Positions 37,450 through 49,159 of a stretch of DNA of 64,000 bases are shown in pieces (position 1 is the first letter of the stretch; each line of letters begins with the position of its first letter). This stretch comes from Vairimorpha necatrix. Its lineage: Eukaryota. The notes below the pieces were generated by a model. The model worked only from the letters and a program-made list of their open reading frames with translations, had not been told where the DNA came from and made no database searches. The translations under genes were made by a program, and so were the position numbers. The DNA lies in the NCBI GenBank assembly GCA_036630325.1, contig CP142726.1, forward strand, positions 496,001 to 560,000. Direction: 5' to 3'.

Positions 37450-39219
37450 GTAAGACCTTTTTTTTGAGTTTCTTCTCCAATCACATTTTTCTCCTTAGCA
37501 TATTATTAGCGTATTGTTGTCTTAATTATTAATATAGCCTCTAATACTTCTTACATCAGTATAGTACGGAAAGTCATATGTTAAAGAACTTTTAACTGAT
37601 TTACAGACTTGTATAGAAAATACAAAAATTATCAATTTAAACTCGTTCTATAATATTCACCTCCTATCTCTTAGTTTTTGAGAACTTAAAAATATTTACG
37701 GGATTTAATATGCTCATCTGTATGAAACGAATTTACAATTTTTTTTCATAATTCCGAAAATAATTAATAAAAAATTACTATTGTTATGGCTTTTTTGTTT
37801 CTGTTCGATTCCACCCTCTTCTCGAAAACCCCGTTTTCACTTTTTTTATACTAGATTTCGTTATTAGTTATACATCATCTAACTGTTAATTTATATGTAT
37901 TTATAAACATATTTCTAAGTGATCTCTTGATTATTTGTTTTTTTCATACGATGTCTCACCATTGATGAAATATTTTACACGTTTGATTTTTATAATTTCT
38001 ATTGGGATGTAGATACCTATATCGCAACTACATTTATGAGTATTACATCGATCAAATAAACATTTTTTCTAGTTCTTCATTTTAAATAGAAACCCGAATA
38101 ACCAGTATAAATAAGAATCCATTCCATTTTAATATGGCGAAGCATAACTAAAGATCTGAGAAAACTTCCTTTCGATTAGTACTTGTACATTTCTTAAGTT
38201 CTAAACTTCATCATAATTATCTTCGTAATACATAATATTTGAAATTGCTTTTGATTTTTAAATTGATTTATAAATACGGCTAAAGTAAGCATTAGCTACA
38301 AAAAATCGATATAGGGTTTTTTTGTTTTTTTTTGCCCCTTTTTTTTAAAAATGGAGGAAAGAAAATGATGAGGAAGGAACAAAAATAAAAACTAGAATAA
38401 ATATTTTAATAAATCTTCAAACACTGAAGTTGTGGAGTTTCTTTGGATCATATATCTAAATAAATAAAGTTTAGCGCTATTTGATGATCTATTTCTATTT
38501 GGTATAGATTGTTTTAAAGATCTCCAATTACCTTCTATGGTATTGGTATGTACTCCTGTATTCGGATCTCTAAAATGTAATGTATGATTAACCATATGAT
38601 GTTGGTTAAATATTGTATTTAAAGAATGATACGCTCTCCACATATCGCTATATATAATACTGCTTCTACTTACATATTTTAAAAGAAGTTCAGTAAGTGT
38701 CCTTTTGTTTCTTTTCTTAATATATACTACTATGATTCTACGTTGGATGGTACGTTCAACCATTCCAAAACACCAAAATCCTTTTACTAACTTCCCTCTA
38801 TTGTATTTATTCTTCCCAATCTTAGTCTCATCAATTTCCACTATAGTATTATCGCCTCCAATAGTCCCTATACTAGATAAATACTTATCATAAAGACTCA
38901 TGTGTTTTAACTTTTTTAGAATGGAAGATATAGAAGATTTAGTACAACCTAAAACTTGAGAAATGGACTTACGTGAATAACCTAAAATCCATAAATTTAG
39001 TATTTGTAATATTGTAATGTGATTTATCCTAGACTCCTAAAAGAAAGTTCCATTCCAAATTGAAATTGTGTTTTTACATGAACTCCATGGACACCTTATG
39101 AGACTCCTTTGCTCCCCTCTTTGCTTCATTTTTTGATTACAGACGCTACATTTTTTATTTTGTTTCTTTATTATTAGATCATTATATGTTATATATCCTT
39201 ATTATTTTTACCCCTCATT

Positions 39220-39480
39220 ATGGAAAATAAACACATGGGGGCGATACCAGAAAATGGGTCTACAAAGGAGGACCGTGGCCAAGAGGCTAGAATAATATTA
39301 AAAGAGGTTAAAAGGATTGTTTATGAGTTGTTTTTAGAGAAAATTGATGAGTGTGGATTTAAATTAGAAATTTTTAGGAGAGGTTCTATTTTATTGAGAA
39401 ATTTTATTGTTGAGAGGATCTCGCAAGAGGGTAGTTGGAAGGAAATTGAGGAAAAATTAGAGTTGCTAGCTAATCAGTGA
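39220..39480 (+). pseudogene. gag: Truncated gag N-terminus starting within the LTR
   Basis: MGAIP.....ED.GQ shared with the gag at 24355; ends at the deletion junction ~39472. Confidence 0.8.
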
Positions 39481-39487
39481 GAAGGAG

Positions 39488-40771
39488 ATGTATGCAGTCT
39501 TTTGGGGAATTAAAAAGTTTGAATATGAACTACGCGGAAGAAGATTTAGGGTAGAAACTGATCATAAGGCATTGATCGAGATTAGAAATAAACCAGCATT
39601 TAACAATAATAGAATTAACAGGTGGATTGAAAAGATTCAAGAGTTCGACTTTAGCATTGAATATAGAGAGCCTAGTACCATGGTTGTAGCAGATGCACTG
39701 AGTAGGGTACATGAAAATGAGAAAACGCTAATGAATAAGGAGAGAAGTATTAAACAGGCACAGGGTAAATGGGACAAGCATGTTAAAGTTGTTGATGGGA
39801 AGGAAATTTGGGTATTTGACTCTGGTAGAGAAGCGGAGATTCCAAAGAAAGAATTGCGTGAAGGTTTAATTGTCAATGCTCATGAAAATTTGGGACATAG
39901 AAGTTTAGGATCAGTGTACTATGCAATGAAGTTTGAATTTTATTGGCCGGGTATGAAGAAGGATATCGAGGATGTTTTAAAGAAGTGTGAAGTTTGCCAA
40001 ATATATAATAGGAAAAAGAGTGGTGGTTGTGATTTTGTTAGTTCAAGATTTTATTTGGAAAAGGTTGCTTTGGATTTGATTGAGTTTAGAGATTTAGGGA
40101 AATATGTGTTGGTCGTGATTGATTATTATACTAGGATCGTTTGGGGAAAAGTAATAGAGGACAAACGCGGAAGCTCGGTTGTAGGATTTTTAAAACAGTT
40201 GTGTGGATCAGGAATGAAACCGGTAGAAATAATTACTGACAACGGTAAAGAATTTAGTAATGAATATATGAGGAATTGGTGTTCAGAGGAAAATGTATTA
40301 CATAGGAAAGTAAGCGTAGAAAGTCATAGAAGTAATGGAAGAGTGGAAAGGGTAATAGGAACCATAAGAGAAGGAATATTGAAAGATGATGCTGTGAATT
40401 TTGAAGCCAAGGTTAATAGATGTATATGGCGTTATAATAACAGCTATCATGAAGGGTTGAGATGTACACCGTTTGAGGCCTCAAGAGACGAAACGGGCCA
40501 TGTTATGATCGAGAATGGACCTGAAGGATTTTATAGTAGGAGGTTTGTGGCTCGCAAAAGAGAGAAATTCTATAAAGGTCAGAGAGTTAGGGTAGCGAAG
40601 AAAGAGAACTTATCGGGTTGTAGTAAGTATGAGAAAGGAAGGTTTTTAGGATATGGTGTTATCAAGGAAGTTTGCGGAGGTGACTCGTACTTAGTTAGTT
40701 TGGAAAATGGTAGGATCGTGAAAAGGCGGCATTATGATTTAAAAGGTCTGCTTGGGATTAATGAGTTCTAG
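39488..40771 (+). CDS. RNase H C-terminal half plus uninterrupted integrase (427 aa)
   Basis: ETDHKAL, H..LGH...C..C, ALD, TDNGKEF, SNGRVER. Confidence 0.85.
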   Translation: MYAVFWGIKKFEYELRGRRFRVETDHKALIEIRNKPAFNNNRINRWIEKIQEFDFSIEYREPSTMVVADALSRVHENEKTLMNKERSIKQAQGKWDKHVKVVDGKEIWVFDSGREAEIPKKELREGLIVNAHENLGHRSLGSVYYAMKFEFYWPGMKKDIEDVLKKCEVCQIYNRKKSGGCDFVSSRFYLEKVALDLIEFRDLGKYVLVVIDYYTRIVWGKVIEDKRGSSVVGFLKQLCGSGMKPVEIITDNGKEFSNEYMRNWCSEENVLHRKVSVESHRSNGRVERVIGTIREGILKDDAVNFEAKVNRCIWRYNNSYHEGLRCTPFEASRDETGHVMIENGPEGFYSRRFVARKREKFYKGQRVRVAKKENLSGCSKYEKGRFLGYGVIKEVCGGDSYLVSLENGRIVKRRHYDLKGLLGINEF

Positions 40772-41673
40772 TATGAGACTACCGTCTTGGAGGGGGGATG
40801 TTATATATCCTTATTATTTTTACCCCTCATTATGGAAAATAAACACATTATATATGATCTCCAATTCTTCTCTTGTCCGAATTCTTTCCTCCATTTTTAA
40901 AAAAAAGGGGCAAAAAAAAACAAAAAAACCCTATATCGATTTTTTGTAGCTAATGCTTACTTCAGCCATAAATACTGTATTTGTAATTATTTTTATCACT
41001 ATACTGTTCTACCGTCCCATATACATTTTTTTCTAGTAAATTAAGTAAGATGTCAAGTTTCAATTTGTGTACAAACAAAAATTTGACAGGCATGAAAAAA
41101 AAACAATAATAAAAACATTTAATTATGCAAATAAATGATTCTGTAAATTATTGTTACAGATTGAGAAGTTTTAAAAAACGAGTTTTTGACATTGAATTAA
41201 ACAACTTTTAAAAATTTACAATAATTTTACCCTTTTATTATTTCTCATTCTAGGAGAATAAAAATTTTTAAATTTTATCATAACTCAATATAATGAAAAT
41301 ATACGTTGTTTTTTGGCCCAATGTTGTGTATAATGTAAATTTGGTGTATTGTACAAAGTAAGTACCCCTAAAATTATAGCTTTTTAAATAAGAGGTGGCT
41401 TTGTATAAATCGTATAATTCTTATAAATAAGACTAAATAAGTTGTTTTTTATTAAAATATTTTAAATGCACCGGTTAAAACTTTTCCCCGTTAAGAGCTA
41501 CAATCTTACGTTTCATTTTGGACAATAAAAATATTTCTTTTTATTTTGCCATTGTATTACGATCCCCCCCCCTTTTTCGTTTTCTAATAAAAATACCTGT
41601 TCCGCTCTAATAAACAGTTTTCTAGTCCTTGAAGGTTTTTAAGATTTTAAATCACGTTGGCTCTAAATTTTAC

Positions 41674-41871
41674 TGTTACTGCCATCACTTGCGGCACCAA
41701 TAAAGGACTGAAACAAGATATTAAACGTTTAATCTCAACCCAAACAATCATGTTTTAGGTTGAGAATGAAACTATATAAAGAAATTATATAAATAAATGA
41801 TATATCTCTTAAAAAGAATTCTTTTTCAAATACCAAGCCTCAGACTACCCCATCTTCGCCTTCAGGTAACA
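41674..41871 (+). mobile_element. Solo LTR (198 bp), same family as the LTR at 61104-61304
   Basis: TGTTAC...GTAACA ends, 5-bp TSD TTTAC, alignable with the reverse complement of 61104-61304. Confidence 0.92.
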
Positions 41872-43099
41872 TTTACAATTCCCAAATTACATTTCATAGA
41901 AATTGAAGAAACCCCCACAATACAAACATCTAGTTCGACAAAATGACTCTTTGTGTTTAAAGCGTTGCAAAAGCTTGAATTTTATTTTAGTTTTTTAAAA
42001 ATATCGAGTGAGAGCTTCTCGTTTTTAATTTCTGGCCTCTCATGCCCACTTTATTCCCCAGAATCAGGTCACTACTTAAAATTTTGACACAAATATCTTC
42101 TATCAGATTTTTATTCGCCGTGACAATGCAGGATACCCCGATTACTTGTTTTTCTTCATATATATTCTCTGTAGGAAATCCTCAAATTTTGCCCATATTA
42201 TCTAAGAAACAGGTATATCTTCGATGGATTTTACTAACTTGTTGATTGATGTATTTAAAAATATTTTTTAATTCTAGACATTTTTATTAAAGAATAAATT
42301 GTTATAATTACACTAGCTATATTAAATTCAAATTTATCTTTTTTTAAATATATCCGTAGAAGAAATAAATGGTGTTTTATCCTGGTAATATATAATATTA
42401 TCTTCTAAATATTCATCAATTGTTTTATCACTCTTATTTCATGTGCAATGATACTATTCCATCTCATTTTATTTATGAGCACAAGTTCACATTTGGTACA
42501 TATAGATCAAAAACTTTTTAAAACCATTATACTATACTAAAGAGAACTCAAATTATTCTATATAAATGTATTGTATGAAAATGATATTTTATGAAGATAT
42601 GTTTTATTCGTAGCTAAAAAACAAATACACGTTTTAAAAGAAGTCATGTTTTTGTATTAGTACGTACTTTGGTATTTTATATTTCTTTTTTTTCAAAATG
42701 GCATGTTTCTTGTACACTTACGGCGGGGATATCATCTCAAAATTTTTGAAAATATTATGTTTTTTTTTGTAGAAAAAAGTAGCATTGTTCAGTGCGTCAA
42801 ACAGCACATTATAGCATTTCTGGATTTCTTAAATATTCTTCTTTCGGAATAACTGCATAATTACATATACGCTCACGGCTCGTTCTATTTTATGTGCAAC
42901 ACTCAATAATCACTTATTTAAATAAAATTTCATTTGAATATTTACCCATTAGTTCTAACTTGATTCTTAAGTTTTAACATTTCTTTAGTACAACAAAGCT
43001 AAGTATAATTGAACAGAAAAATACATGCCTGTGAAAATGACCTTCTATTTTATCGACCCCTCCTAGTGCTTTATGTATTGTCATAGAGCGTGATATACG

Positions 43100-45560
43100 A
43101 CAGAAAACTGCCCTCTTTTGATTATAAACCGAAGAAGAATGTCACTTATCATAATACCTATCTTTATTGTAACATCCGGGGCATCTTCACATTCCTGTTA
43201 CTATTTCATCTAAGATGTAATATTTTCCGCGACTTTAATTTTCAATATTGTCCAAAAAAATTCATTTTCTGTAAACATTACGTAGCAACATCACTATTGC
43301 CCATATTTTAATACTAACTTTTCTGAAGGTCTTCCTGATGGTTGCTACGTATTTAAGATTTAAGAGTTATTCTTAGTTTCTTTATGACTTTCTCTTATTC
43401 CTAGAATTAAAATTTACATATCTTCCAAATGATCCATTAATAAAGGTTAACACTTTTGTATTTAACTCAGTTCCATGTTATTTTTGCTTTTAAAATGATC
43501 TTATTCATATAGAAGTATCAATTCCATCAAAGGTGTTTATTCGTTAATACTGTCGACTTCAGACTATCCTTAGATATCTTCACACAGTCGTCAAAGTCGC
43601 TAGTTCGCCCCTCACCATACTTAACAACCCCATATTAAACTTTATTTTATATGAGATCTCAAATGGATTTTAAGCTTTAGTTTATAGACGTGTACCCCAA
43701 TTTAAATCCTATTTATGGGCTTCTCGACGATTTCATTAGAGTACCCCTCATTACTATAATTGATGACATCTTATTGTCACCCTTTAGTAATAGAGACTTT
43801 TCAATTAAAATAGCGTTCTCGCTACAGACTACTTGAACTTCTCATCTGTTGCGTTCAATGGATATTTGAACATTCCGAAATTTTAACTATTAGCAATAAA
43901 GAGCCCGATGTTATTTTCTCTGCTTCCAAGTATTTTTAGTCTAGATACAATATCTCAATCAAATGGATAAAAAGCTTTATAAAGCTATGCATTGTTCTTT
44001 CATATTTCGATATGTCTGCAGCGGCACCTGTAATGGTCATTTGAATTAGAAACCTTTTATTATAATTTATATGCTCGACCAAGACAATATACAAATATGT
44101 TTTTTTACAATACAGCTGGTCTAACTGAGAAATATATATTGCGCTTTTATTTATATTCTGGTTATTATATTAAAGCTTTTGTTTACATTTAATTTAAAGA
44201 GAATATCATTTGATCTAGATCATGTTCAAATTCAGATACAGTTCTTTTCTTCTTGATGTGGTTAATTAACAGATCTAAACTTCAAGGCATTTAAACTAAA
44301 TCTAGAACATAAGCTGTGTCTTTTAGTATGCTTAATGCTTCGTTTGCTTTTGTGATCAAGATGACAGAAAAATCTTACTGATACTTTCCAAGGAGCTCTT
44401 TGTTTTTTTGGCTTATTCAAAGCACAAGTACATAGATATTATACTCTTATTCTTAATCAGAACTCCGCTGCTTTTACCATTCTTATCAGCTTATAAAAGT
44501 CCTTTTTATGTCAACACCTAAGCAAAATAATTTAATTACACCATTTGCAGTTCTTAAATCATCATACGACTTAGCCCCCTTTACATTGATCAATAGAAAT
44601 CTGAGACTAAATTGTTTTGACCCTATAGGAGATACAGAACATAGTCTATAACTATCTTATTAAATTTACTCTTTTTTTGTGAATATTTTTTTTTTGAAAT
44701 GTATAATGATATGGTTTTTGGATTACTAAACTTGATGTGCTTCATAATCAAACAAAATTTAATTCAAGTATACTGAAAGAGGAGTTATTTAAAACAGACA
44801 ATCCATCAGCCTATCCCATTTACCTTGTCTAAAAACAATTAATTGTTCTCGTAACATGCGTCAAAGTCTATGGATCTTATAGATCATTCAAAAAACTTGT
44901 ATTCCGTAATCATCCAGGTATACTCTGGTGCCAAGACATGCCTGTAATTAACATAAAGATTGTTTTTATTATTGTCAGCAATTTACATTTTCGACCAACC
45001 AAATCCTTTTTAATGCACATGAAAATATGCTTAATTAGTAAGATCGAGTAAAAACTTATGTTTTAACGCGACAACTGTGTTTTCATCGAACTACCATTAT
45101 AAGAAACTACGTTGTCATTACACATGGTAGCTTTTACACAATACTCGGACCCTCTTAATAGTTTGTTCAAGACATCTGCCATTGATGATATTCGTTCTAG
45201 TATCATACTTCTTTAGTATTTTTCCGTGCAGACATTCTTTTTCCATACTTGAAAATGTCAAGTTACTGAGCCAACATGTCACTATATATATGTTTTATTA
45301 TACAGTTGTCTAACATTACATTTTCCAAAGACGAAATTTTCTCTGCACTAACATACCTATCTGTATACTAATATTCTTAATTTTATCTTTTAATATTATT
45401 AATATGTGAACATGGGGATGATACGTTCTCTAAAACTACATATGATATACATGAGCTACGGCTTCCAGAAGAAATCTTTCCGACAAAAACATCTCCATCA
45501 TACTTTAGATAAATTTTTAATACCTTTACTCCTTATCAGTTCTATCAACTACTGTTTGTC
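43100..45560 (-). mobile_element. Decayed Helitron (Rep plus Pif1-like helicase)
   Basis: PHVHIL (HUH motif, ~45410), VVSYN, LRFLLINVKGAKSYDDLRTANG (~44550-44610) and eroded helicase motifs downstream. Confidence 0.85.
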
Positions 45561-46024
45561 TTTTAAATAGTTTCCTTTATTCTTTTTTCTAATTTAATCG
45601 CAAGTGATAGTTTAAAGGGTCGCGCTTGCCTACACACACAAAAAAGACATAATATATAATAATTTCCATTAGTTGTTTCTCTGAAGTTTTTAAAAGTTTG
45701 ATGGTAAGTTCTCGGGCCGACAGTACTTTCAGATCAATAATTTATTGAATATACTGAGCTTTTATAAAGATCTAGCTTCAACATTGAGGTGGTCACGAGG
45801 GATGAACCCTCGTTTAAAGTAGGCCTCTAGTAAACTACTTGTAAACGGCTCCTTGGGCCTTGTTTGTTTATTATTATAAAAATGTTTATTGTTACTTTTC
45901 TGCATTTGCTTCTTCTTTCTTTTTGTTGGGGTAGAAAAATAATATTTTTTTAAAAATTTTTAAGAAATTCCATTTTGGGAAAATGGAATTTTACATGTGG
46001 TTGTAATACCACATTCTGCCACCC

Positions 46025-49000
46025 TTAGAGTTTAATGTTCTTAATATGCGTCCATCCACTATTTCCTTTCAGTTTAATCCAGTACCCTTTATTGCCGACA
46101 CATAATACCTTCTTCCTCTTGCTCCATTTTGGTCCTAATTTTTTAGCATTATATATTCTTTCCCTACAAATGTCTCCAACTTTTACCAAATAGATTTTTT
46201 CTTCTTTTAAGACACTAATATGATTGTAATCTCTCTGTAATGGGTCATGAATATTAAATCCATTAATAATTGAAAATGGAGAAGATTTAATCGTTCTATT
46301 ATAATTGAAATTAATCGCATTTTCTGCCTTCATAACGACTTCTCGTATATTTAAACCTTTGTTGAAGCTCAGGGCAAATGAAATTGTTTTATTTATTGCT
46401 TCCGATACACCATTAGAGCTTGGTGTGTATGAGGGTATCAAGGTATGTAGGATTTTTTCTTTTATTAAATAATCTTTAGTTGTTTTACTTATAAACTGGC
46501 GTCCATTGTCTGATATTATAGATGACGGTTTCCCCAAAGTTGTAATCCAATTTTCAAAACATCTTAACACCGAGTCTGAATTTATAGTGTATAAGAAATA
46601 AAGTTTAGTATATCGGGAATATATATCCGTCATGGTAAGGATATATCCTACCTCTTTCCTTTCTGAAGTAATAAAATTATCAAGACTAAAAGGGCCGAAA
46701 ATATCGGTACTTACCTTTTCAAATTTTCTTTGTGCTACTATATTACCAGTGATATATTTTTTAGGATGCTTATTTTTATAAATTCCACAAATTTTACATT
46801 GGCTAATGGTATTTCTTATTTCTTTAAAGATTCGTTTTATATAGTAATAGCGCTTTATATTGTAATATAGGGTATAAATTCCTCTATGAAGTCCAAATTC
46901 ATGCATAAATGATATAAATTTTTTTACTTGGTTAAATTTAACTATGTAGCGCTTTTCTTTATCAAATATAAAGTTACCGTTTTTGTCTCTGAGACAACAT
47001 TCTTGGTTTAGTTTAATAATTTCTTCGTGATTATTGTTTTCATTATTACCGATTCCAATAAAATTTCTTGATAGATTATCTGCCATACAATTTTTATTTC
47101 CATCTATATGATTTAGTGAAAAACTAAATTCATTTAACAACAATTTCCATCTATTAATTCTTGATGTTTCTATTTTATTTTCATAGATACAATTTTTACT
47201 ATCAGTATAAATCTCTACATAAGATCCTTGGATTATGTTTTTAAAATTGAGCATAGATAAAACTATCGCCAAAAATTCCTTCTCAACAATATTGTAATTT
47301 AATTCTGGACCAGAAAATTTTTTACTATAATATCTAATGATTTTATCCCTTTGTGTTAGCGTACTTCCTAAACCTATTTCACTCGCGTCAACGTGTAAGG
47401 TAAATTTACTATTGTAATCGGGAAATGATAACTTATGATTACCTAAAATCCACTCTTTAATTCTGTTAACTTCCTTTCTCATTTCGGTCGTTACTTTGAT
47501 TTTATTTTCATTCTTGTTTTTTAACATATCGGTTAATTTATTAATCCTTATCGATAGATCTGGAATAAACTTTCTGTACCAATTTATCACTCCTAACAGT
47601 TTTTGTAAATCATTTTTCGTTTTTATTTCTTTCTCAAATATTCTGTCATTTAAATAATTAGTTTTTGGAAAAATTCCTTCGTGATTTATTTTGTAACCCA
47701 AAACTTCAATTTCTGGTTGAAAAAACTTCGATTTTTCGAAATTTATTTGGAAATTTTTGCTATATAATGTTTCTAGTATTTTTTCTACGGAAATTAAGTG
47801 ACTTTCCTTTGTTTTATTATAAATCACAATATCATCTATGAAAACAAATAAATTATCGAAATCTCCTAAAATGTTTGAAATATTTCTTTGAAATAATTTT
47901 GGACCGGGCTTAATTCCAAAGGGAATTCTCTTGTATTGCCACTGTTGTCCTAATAAAAAAAACGATGTATATTTCTTGCTTTGTTCATCTATTTTTATCT
48001 GATTAAATCCGTTACTTAAATCAATCTGCGTAAAAAATTTGTTAGATCCCATTATTGTTAGACAATCCTCAATTTGGGGCAATATCCATGGGTCATCTTG
48101 TAAAGCTTTATTTACTTCCCTATAATCTACTACTAAACGTAAATCTTTATTTTTCTTTTCTATGAAAAATGCAGGGCTTATTATATCAGAAGAACTCTTT
48201 TCAATTATATCTGCATCTAAAAGTCTTTTAATTTCCATTTTCGCTTTTTCAATATATTTAAATGGAACTGTATAGGTAATCTTCTTTGTTTTTATAACTG
48301 GTTGTATTACATTAAACGAAGCTAGGTTTGTTTTCATAGAGGTAAATTTTTTGTTTTCTTTAATATAGAAGTCTAATAGTTTATTAAATCCTTTGCTTCC
48401 GCTAACCTGACATAATTTATTAACTATTTCTTTATCTAGCAATTCTTCAGCATTTCCCTCTTTATGTACCATGTCAATTCGTAGTCCATCTAATTCTACC
48501 GCGTCTTCGGCGTAATCTAACTTTGCACAATGCATGTCAAGAAATTCGTTCCCTAGAACAAAATTAACGGGTAATTTTTCTAAAACGCAAAATTTTACTT
48601 CAAAAGGTTTTTCTTTTATCGTAACAACAGTATTGACCATTTCATTGGATTCTTCTGTTATATTATTTCCAAAAATGGTTTTAATTCTAGCACATTCTTC
48701 TTTCTTTAAATTATATTCATTAACTGCGCTTTTAGTAATATAATTTCTCCTTGATCCGCTATCTAATAACATTTTCACATCCTTATTACCTATTTTTCCT
48801 ATTACAGTAATGTCTTCGGGACATTGGCTACGTTGTTTTATAATCATATTTTTATCCTTATGATCTGCAAATTCAGGCAATTTTTTTTTATTCTGTAAGG
48901 CGTAACAACGCCTGGTATCGTGAGTATAGTTACTCTTATGAAGTGAACACCATTTCGGGTTATTAAATTGAGTATTTCTGTTATTATCAAATTTTTCTTT

Positions 49001-49159
49001 TTCATAATGGGTATTGGGTTTCTCGACTTTTGTTAAAATTTCATTTTCTATTAGAACGAGGTAATTATAAATTTCATAAATTTCCTTACTTATCATATTT
49101 TGTCTTGTTAATTCTAAATGTGTGAAATCTCCTAGTCCCTTTAAAAATACTTCTTCCAT
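46025..49159 (-). CDS. pol: Gag C-terminus/Pol polyprotein: CHHC knuckle, protease, RT, RNase H, integrase
   Basis: WCSLHKSNYTHDTRRC, LLDSGS, FIDD, VDAS, HEFGLH...CKIC, TDIFGP, SDNGRQF, SNGVSE. Confidence 0.95.
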   Translation of the reverse strand: MEEVFLKGLGDFTHLELTRQNMISKEIYEIYNYLVLIENEILTKVEKPNTHYEKEKFDNNRNTQFNNPKWCSLHKSNYTHDTRRCYALQNKKKLPEFADHKDKNMIIKQRSQCPEDITVIGKIGNKDVKMLLDSGSRRNYITKSAVNEYNLKKEECARIKTIFGNNITEESNEMVNTVVTIKEKPFEVKFCVLEKLPVNFVLGNEFLDMHCAKLDYAEDAVELDGLRIDMVHKEGNAEELLDKEIVNKLCQVSGSKGFNKLLDFYIKENKKFTSMKTNLASFNVIQPVIKTKKITYTVPFKYIEKAKMEIKRLLDADIIEKSSSDIISPAFFIEKKNKDLRLVVDYREVNKALQDDPWILPQIEDCLTIMGSNKFFTQIDLSNGFNQIKIDEQSKKYTSFFLLGQQWQYKRIPFGIKPGPKLFQRNISNILGDFDNLFVFIDDIVIYNKTKESHLISVEKILETLYSKNFQINFEKSKFFQPEIEVLGYKINHEGIFPKTNYLNDRIFEKEIKTKNDLQKLLGVINWYRKFIPDLSIRINKLTDMLKNKNENKIKVTTEMRKEVNRIKEWILGNHKLSFPDYNSKFTLHVDASEIGLGSTLTQRDKIIRYYSKKFSGPELNYNIVEKEFLAIVLSMLNFKNIIQGSYVEIYTDSKNCIYENKIETSRINRWKLLLNEFSFSLNHIDGNKNCMADNLSRNFIGIGNNENNNHEEIIKLNQECCLRDKNGNFIFDKEKRYIVKFNQVKKFISFMHEFGLHRGIYTLYYNIKRYYYIKRIFKEIRNTISQCKICGIYKNKHPKKYITGNIVAQRKFEKVSTDIFGPFSLDNFITSERKEVGYILTMTDIYSRYTKLYFLYTINSDSVLRCFENWITTLGKPSSIISDNGRQFISKTTKDYLIKEKILHTLIPSYTPSSNGVSEAINKTISFALSFNKGLNIREVVMKAENAINFNYNRTIKSSPFSIINGFNIHDPLQRDYNHISVLKEEKIYLVKVGDICRERIYNAKKLGPKWSKRKKVLCVGNKGYWIKLKGNSGWTHIKNIKL

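Larger units (their letters stand above)
39187..40847 (+). mobile_element. 1661-bp internally deleted Ty3/Gypsy element with 49-bp LTRs (39187-39235, 40799-40847)
   Basis: Identical TG...CA 49-bp LTRs, TSD TTATA, PBS TGGGGGCGATACC, PPT GGAGGGGGGA. RT is absent. Confidence 0.95.
38392..40894 (-). pseudogene. Merlin transposase (~279 codons) interrupted by LTR insertion and one TAG
   Basis: Removing 39187-40847 plus one TSD restores MEERIRTREELEIIYNDLII...CSVC; C-terminal ORF 38392-38901 has VEIDET, YSDMWRAY, HTNTIEGNW. Confidence 0.9.
38278..40967 (-). mobile_element. Merlin element (1024 bp when empty) with ~85-bp TIRs, carrying a nested LTR element
   Basis: TIR GGCT(A/G)AAGTAAGCATTAGCTAC...ATGGAGGAAAGAA; exact 8-bp TSD ATAAATAC. 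Confidence 0.95.
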
